This document shows positions 45,168 to 53,272 of a DNA stretch of 64,000 nucleotides, in pieces. A program made the translations under genes and the position numbers. This stretch comes from Acidimicrobiales bacterium (GTDB taxonomy: Bacteria > Actinomycetota > Acidimicrobiia > Acidimicrobiales > Ilumatobacteraceae). The stretch spans positions 51,698 through 115,697 of the forward strand of contig JBBQEU010000001.1 of the NCBI GenBank assembly GCA_038321235.1, in the 5' to 3' direction. A model generated the notes under the pieces. It did not search any database, had not been told where the DNA came from, and was given only the letters and a program-made list of their open reading frames with translations. Positions within the stretch are counted from its first letter, which is position 1. Each line of letters starts with the position of its first letter.

Positions 45168-48100
45168 GTGCACGCCGATCGTGACCTCGTCGAGAAGCGG
45201 ATCCAGCGCGAGCTGTGGGAGCGAGTCCTCCCGCTCGTGCACTCCCACCGACGTCCCCTGACGATCGAGGCCGGCCCGGATGTCGGGCATCTCGAACCCT
45301 TCGAAGCCGGATCGTCGTGGGGTGCACCGTGGGCGACCACGTGGTTCCGTCTCACCGGTGAGATCCCCGGCGACTGGGCGGGCCGTCGCGTCGAAGCCGT
45401 GATCGACCTCGGGTTCCACCAGCGCGCCGCCGGGTTCCAATGCGAAGGTCTCGTCGTCGACCTCCACGACGACGGCTCGTTCACGCCGTTGCAGGGCATC
45501 CACCCCCGCCGCACCAACTACGCCGTCGACGCCGTGGCGGGACCGATCGTGCTCCACGTCGAGGCGGCGTCCAATCCGATGTTCCCTCAGTTCACGCCGT
45601 CGCCGCTCGGCTCGCTCGACACCGCCGGAGACCGGCTGCTCTACCGGTTCCGTCAGGCGTCACTCGTGGTTGTCGACCCAGTTGCCGAGGCCCTTGCCTA
45701 CGACATCGAGGTGCTCGACGGGGTGATGTGCTCGCTGGCACTCGACGATCCGCGCCGCGCTCGGCTGCTTCGTACGATCGCCGCCGCGCTCGATCGCATC
45801 CCTGATGTCAGCTCTGCTCGCCGCGTCATTGCCCCTGCGATGGCGGAGGACTTCGGCGACGCCGTGCGTCACCGGGCCGTCGCCGTCGGCCACGCCCACA
45901 TCGACACCGCCTGGCTGTGGCCGATCCGCGAAACCAAGCGCAAGTGCACCCGCACGTTCGCCTCGGCGGTCGCGCTGATGGACGACTACCCCGAGTACGT
46001 GTTCGCAGCCTCGTCGGCGCAGCACTACACCTGGATCGAAGAACGCCACCCCGAGTTGTTCACCAAGATCGTCGATCGGGTCGAGCGCGGTCAGTGGGCG
46101 CCGGTCGGCGGCATGTGGGTCGAAGCCGACATGAACGTGCCGTCGGGTGAGAGCCTCGTGCGCCAGATCGTGTTCGGCCAGCGCTACTTCGAGGAGAAGT
46201 TCGGCCGCCGTTGCACCGAGGTGTGGATCCCCGACGTGTTCGGCTACCCGGCCGGGCTGCCGCAGGTGTTCGCCGCCGGCGGGATGCACCGATTCGTCAC
46301 CCAGAAGCTCAGCTGGAACAAGCAGAACACGTTCCCGCACAGCACGTTCTGGTGGGAGGGCCTCGACGGCACGCGGGTCCTCACCCACTTCCCGCCGGTC
46401 GACACCTACAACGCCGAGATCACGCCGGCGGAGTTCGGGTTCTCGATCACCAACTTCAAGGACCACGCGTGGAGCAGCGACTCGCTGATGCCGTTCGGCC
46501 ACGGTGATGGTGGCGGCGGCCCGACCCGCGAGATGCTCGAGCGCGGCCGTCGTCTCGCGCGAATCGACTCGCGGGCCACCCTCGAGGTCGGTGCACCCGA
46601 CGCGATGTTCGAGCGGATCGAACGTGACATCGACCGCGGCGCCCCGGCGCCGGTGTGGCGCGGCGAGCTGTACTTCGAGACCCACCGCGGCACGCTCACC
46701 AGCCAGATCGAGACCAAGATCGGTAACCGCCGATGTGAGCGCCTGCTGGTCGAAGCCGAGCTGTGGGCGTCCACGCTCGGACGCGAGGCCGACGTCGACC
46801 ACCTCTGGAAGGACGTGCTCACTCAGCAGTTCCACGACATCCTCCCGGGCTCGTCGATCGCGTGGGTTCACGCTGACGCCGAAGCCGCGTTCGCCGAGGT
46901 CGGCGCCGAGCTGGAGGCGCGCATTGCAGTGCTGCTCAGCGACGCGGTCGGCCCGGGGCGTTGGCTCGCGAACCCTGCCGATGCGGCGATCGACGAGGTC
47001 GTCGTGCTCGACGTCGACGGGGCGGACGCGGCATCGATCGCAGGCGACCAGGGCCAAATCCTGTCGGACGGTCGTGTCGCCGCACGTGTCGACGTCCCTG
47101 CGCTCGGCCTCGCGCTGCTCGAGCCGCAGCCCGTCGACGACCGGGTGGTGCTGTCCGACTCGTCCATGACGAACGGCCACCTCGCCGCGCGCTGGGACTC
47201 GCTCGGCAACATCATCTCGATCATCGATCTCGCCCGCGCTCGCGAGATCGTGCCGAACGGCGAAGTGATGGCGGCGCTCGAACTCGCGGTTGATCAGCCG
47301 GTGGAGTACGACGCCTGGGACCTCGAGTCGTGGACTCGTTCGGGCGGTGTGCCGCTCACCGGACCCGGCACCGTCGAGGTGACGATCGTCGACGACGGCC
47401 CGCTGGTCGGGCGGTTGCAGGTCGCTCGGCGCTTCGGCGCATCGCGTTCGGTGGTCACCTACGAACTGCACGCCGACAGTCCCCAACTGCTCGTCCACGT
47501 CGAACTCGACTGGCACCACGACGAGCATCTGCTCTCGATGGCCTTTCCCCTCGACGTGCGAAGCGACGTGGCGATGTGCGACATCCAGTTCGGCGTGGTT
47601 GCCCGCCCGACCCATCCGTCGAGCCCATGGGACGCCGCCAAGTTCGAGGTCTGCGCCCACCGGTTCGTCGACGTCGCTGAGCCCGACTTCGGTGTCGCGA
47701 TCCTCAACACCGGTCGCTACGGCCATGGTGTGTTCGATGGAGCGGTGCGGGTGAGCCTTGCCAAGGCGGCCAAGTATCCGGATCCGAATGCCGACCGGGG
47801 CCACCACGAGGTCACGTTGGCGATCCGCCCGCACTCCGCTGGGCTCGCCGAGGTGCGTGCCGCCGCTGCCCGCTTGAACGCCCCGCTCCGGGTGATCACC
47901 GATGGCCGAGCGATCGCTCCGACTGCGTCGATCGTGCGGATCGCTGGCGCTGATGCTGGAAGCGCACCAGGCGTCGGGGTCGATGCGGTCAAGCTCGCCG
48001 ACGACGGCTCCGGTGACCTGATCGTGCGGCTCCACGAGGCGGTCGGCAACCGCACCCGCATCTCCGTGGCCACCCCCGGCCGGGTCACCGATGCCTGGCG

Positions 48101-48233
48101 GTGCAACCTGCTGGAGGAACCCCAGAGCGCCGAGGAGGTCGGCGACGGTGTGGTCACGATCACGCTGCGCCCCTTTCAGATCGTCACCCTCCGCCTGCGC
48201 CGATCCGAGAACGACGACGGCCGCACCCGCTGA
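45168..48233 (+). CDS. glycoside hydrolase family 38 alpha-mannosidase
   Basis: 1021 aa with a GTG start. GHAHIDTAWLWPIRETKRKCTRTF (the GH38 metal-binding HxD region) and WVEADMNVPSGESLVRQ; size and domain order fit cytosolic bacterial GH38 enzymes. Confidence 0.85.
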   Translation: MHADRDLVEKRIQRELWERVLPLVHSHRRPLTIEAGPDVGHLEPFEAGSSWGAPWATTWFRLTGEIPGDWAGRRVEAVIDLGFHQRAAGFQCEGLVVDLHDDGSFTPLQGIHPRRTNYAVDAVAGPIVLHVEAASNPMFPQFTPSPLGSLDTAGDRLLYRFRQASLVVVDPVAEALAYDIEVLDGVMCSLALDDPRRARLLRTIAAALDRIPDVSSARRVIAPAMAEDFGDAVRHRAVAVGHAHIDTAWLWPIRETKRKCTRTFASAVALMDDYPEYVFAASSAQHYTWIEERHPELFTKIVDRVERGQWAPVGGMWVEADMNVPSGESLVRQIVFGQRYFEEKFGRRCTEVWIPDVFGYPAGLPQVFAAGGMHRFVTQKLSWNKQNTFPHSTFWWEGLDGTRVLTHFPPVDTYNAEITPAEFGFSITNFKDHAWSSDSLMPFGHGDGGGGPTREMLERGRRLARIDSRATLEVGAPDAMFERIERDIDRGAPAPVWRGELYFETHRGTLTSQIETKIGNRRCERLLVEAELWASTLGREADVDHLWKDVLTQQFHDILPGSSIAWVHADAEAAFAEVGAELEARIAVLLSDAVGPGRWLANPADAAIDEVVVLDVDGADAASIAGDQGQILSDGRVAARVDVPALGLALLEPQPVDDRVVLSDSSMTNGHLAARWDSLGNIISIIDLARAREIVPNGEVMAALELAVDQPVEYDAWDLESWTRSGGVPLTGPGTVEVTIVDDGPLVGRLQVARRFGASRSVVTYELHADSPQLLVHVELDWHHDEHLLSMAFPLDVRSDVAMCDIQFGVVARPTHPSSPWDAAKFEVCAHRFVDVAEPDFGVAILNTGRYGHGVFDGAVRVSLAKAAKYPDPNADRGHHEVTLAIRPHSAGLAEVRAAAARLNAPLRVITDGRAIAPTASIVRIAGADAGSAPGVGVDAVKLADDGSGDLIVRLHEAVGNRTRISVATPGRVTDAWRCNLLEEPQSAEEVGDGVVTITLRPFQIVTLRLRRSENDDGRTR

Positions 48234-48241
48234 CCCCGTGG

Positions 48242-48287
48242 AGCGATGAGTTTCCGAGTGACCTGTCCGCGCGAAGACTCATCGCTT
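48242..48287. repeat. palindromic element, family 1, copy B
   Basis: AGCGATGAGTTTCCGAGTGACCTGTCCGCGCGAAGACTCATCGCTT, with terminal arms GCGATGAG/CTCATCGC. It starts 9 nt after the GH38 stop. Confidence 0.75.
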
Positions 48288-48304
48288 GGGGATGTGTCGC
48301 GGAG

Positions 48305-48349
48305 GTGATGAGTTTCCGAGTGACCTGTCCGCGCGGAGACTCATCGCTT
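48305..48349. repeat. palindromic element, family 1, copy C (tandem to copy B)
   Basis: GTGATGAGTTTCCGAGTGACCTGTCCGCGCGGAGACTCATCGCTT. It is nearly identical to copy B and ends 12 nt before the M20 gene stop. Confidence 0.75.
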
Positions 48350-48360
48350 GCGAGTCACGT

Positions 48361-49617
48361 TCAGGTGGGGGCGAGGTGGCGGAGGGCGGCCGCGGCGTAG
48401 AGCGCGGTGCCCGTGGCCATCGCCGGCTCGTCGAACATCACGCGGTTGGAGTGGTTCGGCGCGGCGGTGGCAGGGTTCTCGCCCTGCGGTGTGCCACCGA
48501 GGAACATCATCGCCCCGGGCAGATTCTGCAACACGTAGCTGAAGTCTTCGGCGCCCATCACCGGGTGCGGCAGTTTCACCACGTGGTCGGCGCCGGCGAC
48601 GTCGCCCGCCAGGTCGAGCGCCCAGTCGGCGAAGCGATCGTCGTTGCTCGTGACGGGATACCCGAAGACGATCTCGACGTCGCAGCCGCAGGCATGGGCC
48701 GACGCTACGCCCTCGGCGACGCGGCGAATACCGTCGTGGACCTTGGCCCGAGTCCGCTCACTCGTGGCGCGAATCGTTCCCTCGATCTCGGCGACCTCGG
48801 GGATCACGTTGTTGGTGGTGCCCGCCGTGATGCGCCCGACGGTGACCACCGATGGGTCGAACACGTCGATCGAGCGGGTGATCATCGTCTGCAACGCCTG
48901 CACGATCTCGCACGCCACCGGGATCGGGTCGAGCGCCCGGTGCGGCTCGCTGGCGTGGCCACCGCGGCCGATCACCCGAATCGTCATCGTGTCGGCCGAT
49001 GCCATGATCGGCCCCCGCCGGCTGCTCACCCAACCGCTCGGCAGTGCCGAGGTGATGTGCAGCGCGAACGCCGCGTCGACCGGCGACTCGGTGCCGTCTG
49101 CCCGCTTCGGTACGTCGAGCAGGCCCTCGTCGAGCATGAATCGCGCACCGTGGTGTCCCTCTTCGCCGGGCTGGAACATGAACAGCACCCGTCCGGCGAT
49201 GTCGTCACGGCGCTCGGCCAACAGGTGCGCGGCGCTCGACAACATCGCGGTGTGGGTGTCGTGACCGCAGGCGTGCATACAGCCGTCGACGTGCGATGCG
49301 AAGTCGAGCCCCGTGTCCTCGGGCATCGGCAGTGCGTCCATGTCGCCGCGCAACAGCATCGTCGGACCGGGCTTCGAACCCTCCAGCAGCGCCACGATCC
49401 CGCTGGTCGACTCGTGGGTGGTGATCGACAGCGGCAACCCCTCCAGCGATTCCAACACCCGGTCACGAGTGATCGGCAACTCGTTGCCCAGCTCCGGCCA
49501 TTCGTGCAATGTGCGTCGCAACGCGATGGTGTCACCGAGCAGCTCGTGGGCATGGGCCGTGACCGATGCGATCATGGGGTCGGTGTCGTGCGCGAGCTCG
49601 TTCGAAGGGTCGGCCAT
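48361..49617 (-). CDS. M20-family amidohydrolase (N-acyl-amino-acid/hippurate hydrolase type)
   Basis: 418 aa from ATG 49617. LHEWPELGNE, LLRGDMDALP, HACGHDTH and FQPGEEG metal-ligand motifs. Confidence 0.85.
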   Translation of the reverse strand: MADPSNELAHDTDPMIASVTAHAHELLGDTIALRRTLHEWPELGNELPITRDRVLESLEGLPLSITTHESTSGIVALLEGSKPGPTMLLRGDMDALPMPEDTGLDFASHVDGCMHACGHDTHTAMLSSAAHLLAERRDDIAGRVLFMFQPGEEGHHGARFMLDEGLLDVPKRADGTESPVDAAFALHITSALPSGWVSSRRGPIMASADTMTIRVIGRGGHASEPHRALDPIPVACEIVQALQTMITRSIDVFDPSVVTVGRITAGTTNNVIPEVAEIEGTIRATSERTRAKVHDGIRRVAEGVASAHACGCDVEIVFGYPVTSNDDRFADWALDLAGDVAGADHVVKLPHPVMGAEDFSYVLQNLPGAMMFLGGTPQGENPATAAPNHSNRVMFDEPAMATGTALYAAAALRHLAPT

Positions 49618-49668
49618 CACGGCATGGTAGGCGTTCCCCTTCGGAGCTGTCACCGCCCACTGACGCAC

Positions 49669-49705
49669 CGAACGACGACATCCGGTCGTCGTTCGATCGA
49701 ACGAC
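49669..49705. promoter_or_regulatory. three-arm palindromic element CGAACGACGAC-atccg-GTCGTCGTTCG-at-CGAACGAC in the WXG100 gene leader
   Basis: There is a perfect 11-bp stem (49669-49679 / 49685-49695). The right arm also forms an 18-bp perfect DNA palindrome, GTCGTTCGATCGAACGAC (49688-49705). That palindrome ends 1 nt before the GGAG Shine-Dalgarno (49707-49710). Confidence 0.5.
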
Positions 49706-49716
49706 TGGAGCGACCC

Positions 49717-49989
49717 ATGACGATGTACGGAGCAAACCCCGAGCAGCTCACCAACCTCGGCAGCACACTGAATCGCCAGATCGACAGCATCACCCAGGTG
49801 ATGTCGACCGTCGATGGTGTACTCAACGGAACCGCCTGGACGGGCCCCGCACGCGACCAGTTCGTCGAGGATTGGAACGGCAGCTTCAAGCAGGCGCTCG
49901 GCAAACTCAACGAGGCCTTCGGGTTGGCCGGTCGCGACTGCATGACGATGTCCGACGAGCTGCGCAGGTTGCTCGGCGCTCGCGGCTGA
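49717..49989 (+). CDS. WXG100-family (ESAT-6-like) small protein
   Basis: 90 aa; ATG with GGAG 6 nt upstream. The composition is helix-turn-helix hairpin-like, with a central W-x-G (NGTAWTGPARDQF) at about residue 41-43. It is the only credible part of the 567-aa track ORF. Confidence 0.6.
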   Translation: MTMYGANPEQLTNLGSTLNRQIDSITQVMSTVDGVLNGTAWTGPARDQFVEDWNGSFKQALGKLNEAFGLAGRDCMTMSDELRRLLGARG

Positions 49990-50014
49990 TTGCGAAGCCT
50001 CTACGCTGGCCGCA

Positions 50015-50293
50015 GTGGCATACGTCGAGTTCACCATCGAGCCGTTCGTCGAGGGACGACCAGGCCCGCACGTGATCGCGGCGATCGCTGCCGCGGAGGC
50101 CACGGGGTTCGATGTCGAGATCGGGCCGTTCGGGTCGTCGGTGGCTGTCGATCTCGCCGACGTCGGCAGCGTCATCGGTGCGCTCACCGATGCGGCGATG
50201 GCGAACGGTGCGTCCCACGTCAGCGTTCACGTCGCACGCGAGATCCCGACTGGACCGCCGGCATTCGAAGTACCCCATGGGGTCGATGAATGA
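50015..50293 (+). CDS. MTH1187/YkoF-like (DUF77) small ligand-binding protein
   Basis: 92 aa with a GTG start. The VEFTIEPFVEG ... FDVEIGPFGSSVAVDL ... ASHVSVHV pattern fits the ferredoxin-like thiamine-binding YkoF/MTH1187 fold family. Confidence 0.5.
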   Translation: MAYVEFTIEPFVEGRPGPHVIAAIAAAEATGFDVEIGPFGSSVAVDLADVGSVIGALTDAAMANGASHVSVHVAREIPTGPPAFEVPHGVDE

Positions 50294-50703
50294 GTACGAC
50301 GAGACCGACGCTGACCACAGGTCGAGCGCGGGGCGCCGACGGCCGGCTGGCGGTCCATCCGTTGCTCCGGTCGGTGAAGCCGGTGGTCGACGCGCTCGGA
50401 GCGTCGTTCGTGGCAGCCGACGAGATGGAGGCCAGCGACGTTGCGCTCGTGTGGGAGGGCCGCACCGTTGCGGGCGTTCGCATGCCACCGTTGCACGGCG
50501 CGCTCGAGCGCCTGATCGATGCCGTCGAAGCCGAGCTCGGCGGTCGGCTCCCCCTGCTGTCGCGCGAGGACAAGCAACGAGCGGTACGACTCCTCGACGA
50601 GCGCGGCGCCTTCATCCTCCGCCGAGCGGTCGAGGACGTCGCCGACGCGATGGACGTGAGCCGCATCACGGTCTACAACTACCTCAACGCGATCCACCGG
50701 TGA
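50290..50703 (+). CDS. helix-turn-helix domain protein (putative transcriptional regulator)
   Basis: 137 aa; the ATG overlaps the previous stop (ATGA). The C-terminal ERGAFILRRAVEDVADAMDVSRITVYNYLNAI is an HTH motif. Confidence 0.5.
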   Translation: MSTTRPTLTTGRARGADGRLAVHPLLRSVKPVVDALGASFVAADEMEASDVALVWEGRTVAGVRMPPLHGALERLIDAVEAELGGRLPLLSREDKQRAVRLLDERGAFILRRAVEDVADAMDVSRITVYNYLNAIHR

Positions 50704-51410
50704 TCCGGCGCATCGACCAGTTCGACGTCGTCGCCTTCGACGCCGACGACACGTTGTGGCGCAGCGAGGACTCCTTCCGTCACGCCGAGCACCGCTTCGC
50801 CGAACTCGTGAGCCCCTACGTGCCCGACGGCGTCGATGTCGATGCGGCACTCAAGGCCGTGGAACGCGCGGACATCTCGGTCACCGGGTACGGCGTCAAG
50901 GCGTTCACGCTGTCGATGGTCCGCGCCGCGATCAACGTCACCGAGGGTGCCATCCCGAGCGTCGTTGTCGGAGAACTCGCCGATCTCGGCCGGTCGATGT
51001 TGGTCGAAGACGTCCACCTCCTCCCGCACGTCAGCGAGGTGCTTGCGGCGGTGTCGCCGAGCGTCCGGACGGTGCTGATCACCAAGGGCGACCTCGTGCA
51101 CCAGACCCGCAAGGTCACCACGTCGGGTATCGAGCACCACTTCACCGACATCGAGATCGTTCTCGAGAAGGACCCCGACACCTACGCGAAGATCCTGCAG
51201 CGTCTGGACGTCGCGCCCGATCGGTTCCTGATGATCGGCAACTCGGTGCGCAGCGATGTGCTCCCGGTGCTCGCACTCGGCGGACATGCGATCCATGTTC
51301 CGTACCACATCACCTGGGATCACGAACGCGTCGACCACCACGACGAAGACGTCATGGAACTCGCTTCGATCGCCGACGTCCCTCTCTGGCTCGGCCTCAC
51401 CACGCTCTGA
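50700..51410 (+). CDS. HAD-superfamily hydrolase
   Basis: 236 aa from GTG 50700, overlapping the previous stop (GTGA). Motif I VVAFDADDTLW, motif II LITKG, motif IV MIGNSVRSDV. Confidence 0.7.
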   Translation: MIRRIDQFDVVAFDADDTLWRSEDSFRHAEHRFAELVSPYVPDGVDVDAALKAVERADISVTGYGVKAFTLSMVRAAINVTEGAIPSVVVGELADLGRSMLVEDVHLLPHVSEVLAAVSPSVRTVLITKGDLVHQTRKVTTSGIEHHFTDIEIVLEKDPDTYAKILQRLDVAPDRFLMIGNSVRSDVLPVLALGGHAIHVPYHITWDHERVDHHDEDVMELASIADVPLWLGLTTL

Positions 51411-52182
51411 TCGAGAAGCGGTGTCCGAGGCCGACCTGACCGTTGGTGAACGTGGCGGCGAACCGAGTTCCCTCGGCGGGCGGAGCGTCGTAGGCGATCG
51501 TTCCACCGGCGGCGACGACGACGGCGGCCAGGGCCGCGTGGTCCCAGTGCTGGCCGAACTGCACCGCTACCTCGAGCGAACCTTCGGCCACCATCAGCGC
51601 CGGGTACGTCGTCCACTCGTTCATCGGCACGTAGCGCCCGAGACCTTCCACGCCTTCGATCTGCGCTCGTTCCTCGCCGGCGAGCTGATCGACGACCGGT
51701 CCGCTCGACCACCGCATCTGCTCCGCGTCCGACTCGGCGCTGACACCGATCGACCGTGGTGTCGCAGCAGGCCCGTCGGTGAAGAAGGCGCCGCCGTCGA
51801 GCGTCCCCCACCACCGACGCCCGAGGGCAGGCATCGACACCATGCCAGCGACCGGCTGCCCGTCGACTTCCAGAGCGATCAGCGTTCCCCACGCCCGCCG
51901 CCCGGCGACGTAACTCTTCGTGCCGTCGATCGGGTCGAGCACCCAACAGCGCACACCCGAACCGGTGTCGCCCTCCTCCTCACCGATGATGCGGTCGTGG
52001 GGTCGGTGCTCGGCGAGCAGTTCGCGCAACATCCGTTCGATCAGCTTGTCAGTCGCCGACACCGGCGACCCGTCAAGCTTGATCTCGACGTCGAGGTCGT
52101 CGCTGCGCCACGTGCGCATCGCCTCGCGGTCGGCGATGTCGGCGGCCTGCATGAGCACGTCGAGATCGGTGGGAGCGGTCAC
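51397..52182 (-). CDS. inositol-monophosphatase-family protein (actinobacterial HisN-type histidinol-phosphatase candidate)
   Basis: 261 aa; the GTG start overlaps the coaA stop (GTGA). [27 protein letters not shown] and WDHAA motifs. Confidence 0.8.
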   Translation of the reverse strand: MTAPTDLDVLMQAADIADREAMRTWRSDDLDVEIKLDGSPVSATDKLIERMLRELLAEHRPHDRIIGEEEGDTGSGVRCWVLDPIDGTKSYVAGRRAWGTLIALEVDGQPVAGMVSMPALGRRWWGTLDGGAFFTDGPAATPRSIGVSAESDAEQMRWSSGPVVDQLAGEERAQIEGVEGLGRYVPMNEWTTYPALMVAEGSLEVAVQFGQHWDHAALAAVVVAAGGTIAYDAPPAEGTRFAATFTNGQVGLGHRFSIRAW

Positions 52183-53138
52183 AACCGCAGCAGCCTCACG
52201 CGGTCGACGCGATGGTCGCCGGTCTTGTGGACGATGAGCGATGCGCGCTCGCGCGTGGGCTCGATGTTCTCGCGCAGGTTCAACCCGTTGATCTCTCGCC
52301 AGATGAGCTTGGCGGTGTCGACCGCTTCATCGTCGCTGAGTTCGGCGTAGAACCGGAAGAACGAATCCGGGTCCTGGAACACCGACGCCCGCAAGGCGAG
52401 GAACCGGTCGACGTACCACTGCTCGATGTCGGATTCGTCGGCGTCGACGTAGATCGAGAAGTCGAAGTAGTCGCTGACGAACTCGGGCGCGCCGCTGCGG
52501 GTCTGCAACACGTTGAGCCCCTCGATGATCACGATGTCGGCGCCGCTCACGACGACGCGCTCGTCGGGCACGATGTCGTACACGACGTGGCTGTACACCG
52601 GCGCCTCGACCACCTCGTGACCGCTCTTGATCTCGCGTAACACCTGCAGCAGCGCCTTGGTGTCGTACGACTCGGGGAAGCCCTTGCGGTTCATGATGCC
52701 GCGCTGCTCCAGCACCTGGTTCGGGTACAGGAACCCGTCGGTGGTGATCAGGTCGACCTTGGGATGGTGGGGCCACTGTTCGAGCAGCGCCTGGAGAATG
52801 CGGGCGAACGTGCTCTTGCCGACCGCCACGCTGCCGGCGATGCCGATGACGTACGGCACCTTCGGTGCGATCGCACCGAGGAACGTCGCCGACACGCGGT
52901 GGAGGTCTTGGGTGGCGCTGATGTACAGATTGAGTAGTCGGCTGAGTGGCAAGTACACGGTGGCCACTTCGTCGAGGTCGATTCGCTCGTTGATGCCGCG
53001 GAGACGTTCGAGTTCCGGCTGGGCCAGGGTGAGCGGCGTGGCCGCTCGCAGTTGCGACCACGTCTCGCGGTCGAAGTCGAGATAGCGACTCGTTCCGTTG
53101 GCTGCCGAGGTGGAGCCTCCGGTCGCGGTCTGGGTCAC
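52179..53138 (-). CDS. coaA: type I pantothenate kinase
   Basis: P-loop [35 protein letters not shown] and LYVDA-type YVDADE motifs. I chose GTG 53138 (319 aa); the track start 53231 adds 31 poorly conserved residues. Confidence 0.85.
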   Translation of the reverse strand: MTQTATGGSTSAANGTSRYLDFDRETWSQLRAATPLTLAQPELERLRGINERIDLDEVATVYLPLSRLLNLYISATQDLHRVSATFLGAIAPKVPYVIGIAGSVAVGKSTFARILQALLEQWPHHPKVDLITTDGFLYPNQVLEQRGIMNRKGFPESYDTKALLQVLREIKSGHEVVEAPVYSHVVYDIVPDERVVVSGADIVIIEGLNVLQTRSGAPEFVSDYFDFSIYVDADESDIEQWYVDRFLALRASVFQDPDSFFRFYAELSDDEAVDTAKLIWREINGLNLRENIEPTRERASLIVHKTGDHRVDRVRLLRL

Positions 53139-53272
53139 GGCGCCGACTGTAGATCGACGGACACTCGCGTCCCCAAGGCCCAGGCCCAGCGCCGAGGAGT
53201 GCGGCCCCGTGGAGTACGGCCCGAGGATCATGGGCGAAAGGCGGGAGTGGGCATCGGGCGTAGTCTGCGCGG

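Noticed and set aside
48361-51410. The idea that the WXG100 gene marks a type VII secretion locus.
   Set aside because: There is no EccC/EssC FtsK-SpoIIIE ATPase, EccB/D, mycosin or partner Esx gene in the flanking 10 kb. The neighbours are an amidohydrolase, a YkoF-like protein, an HTH protein and a HAD hydrolase.
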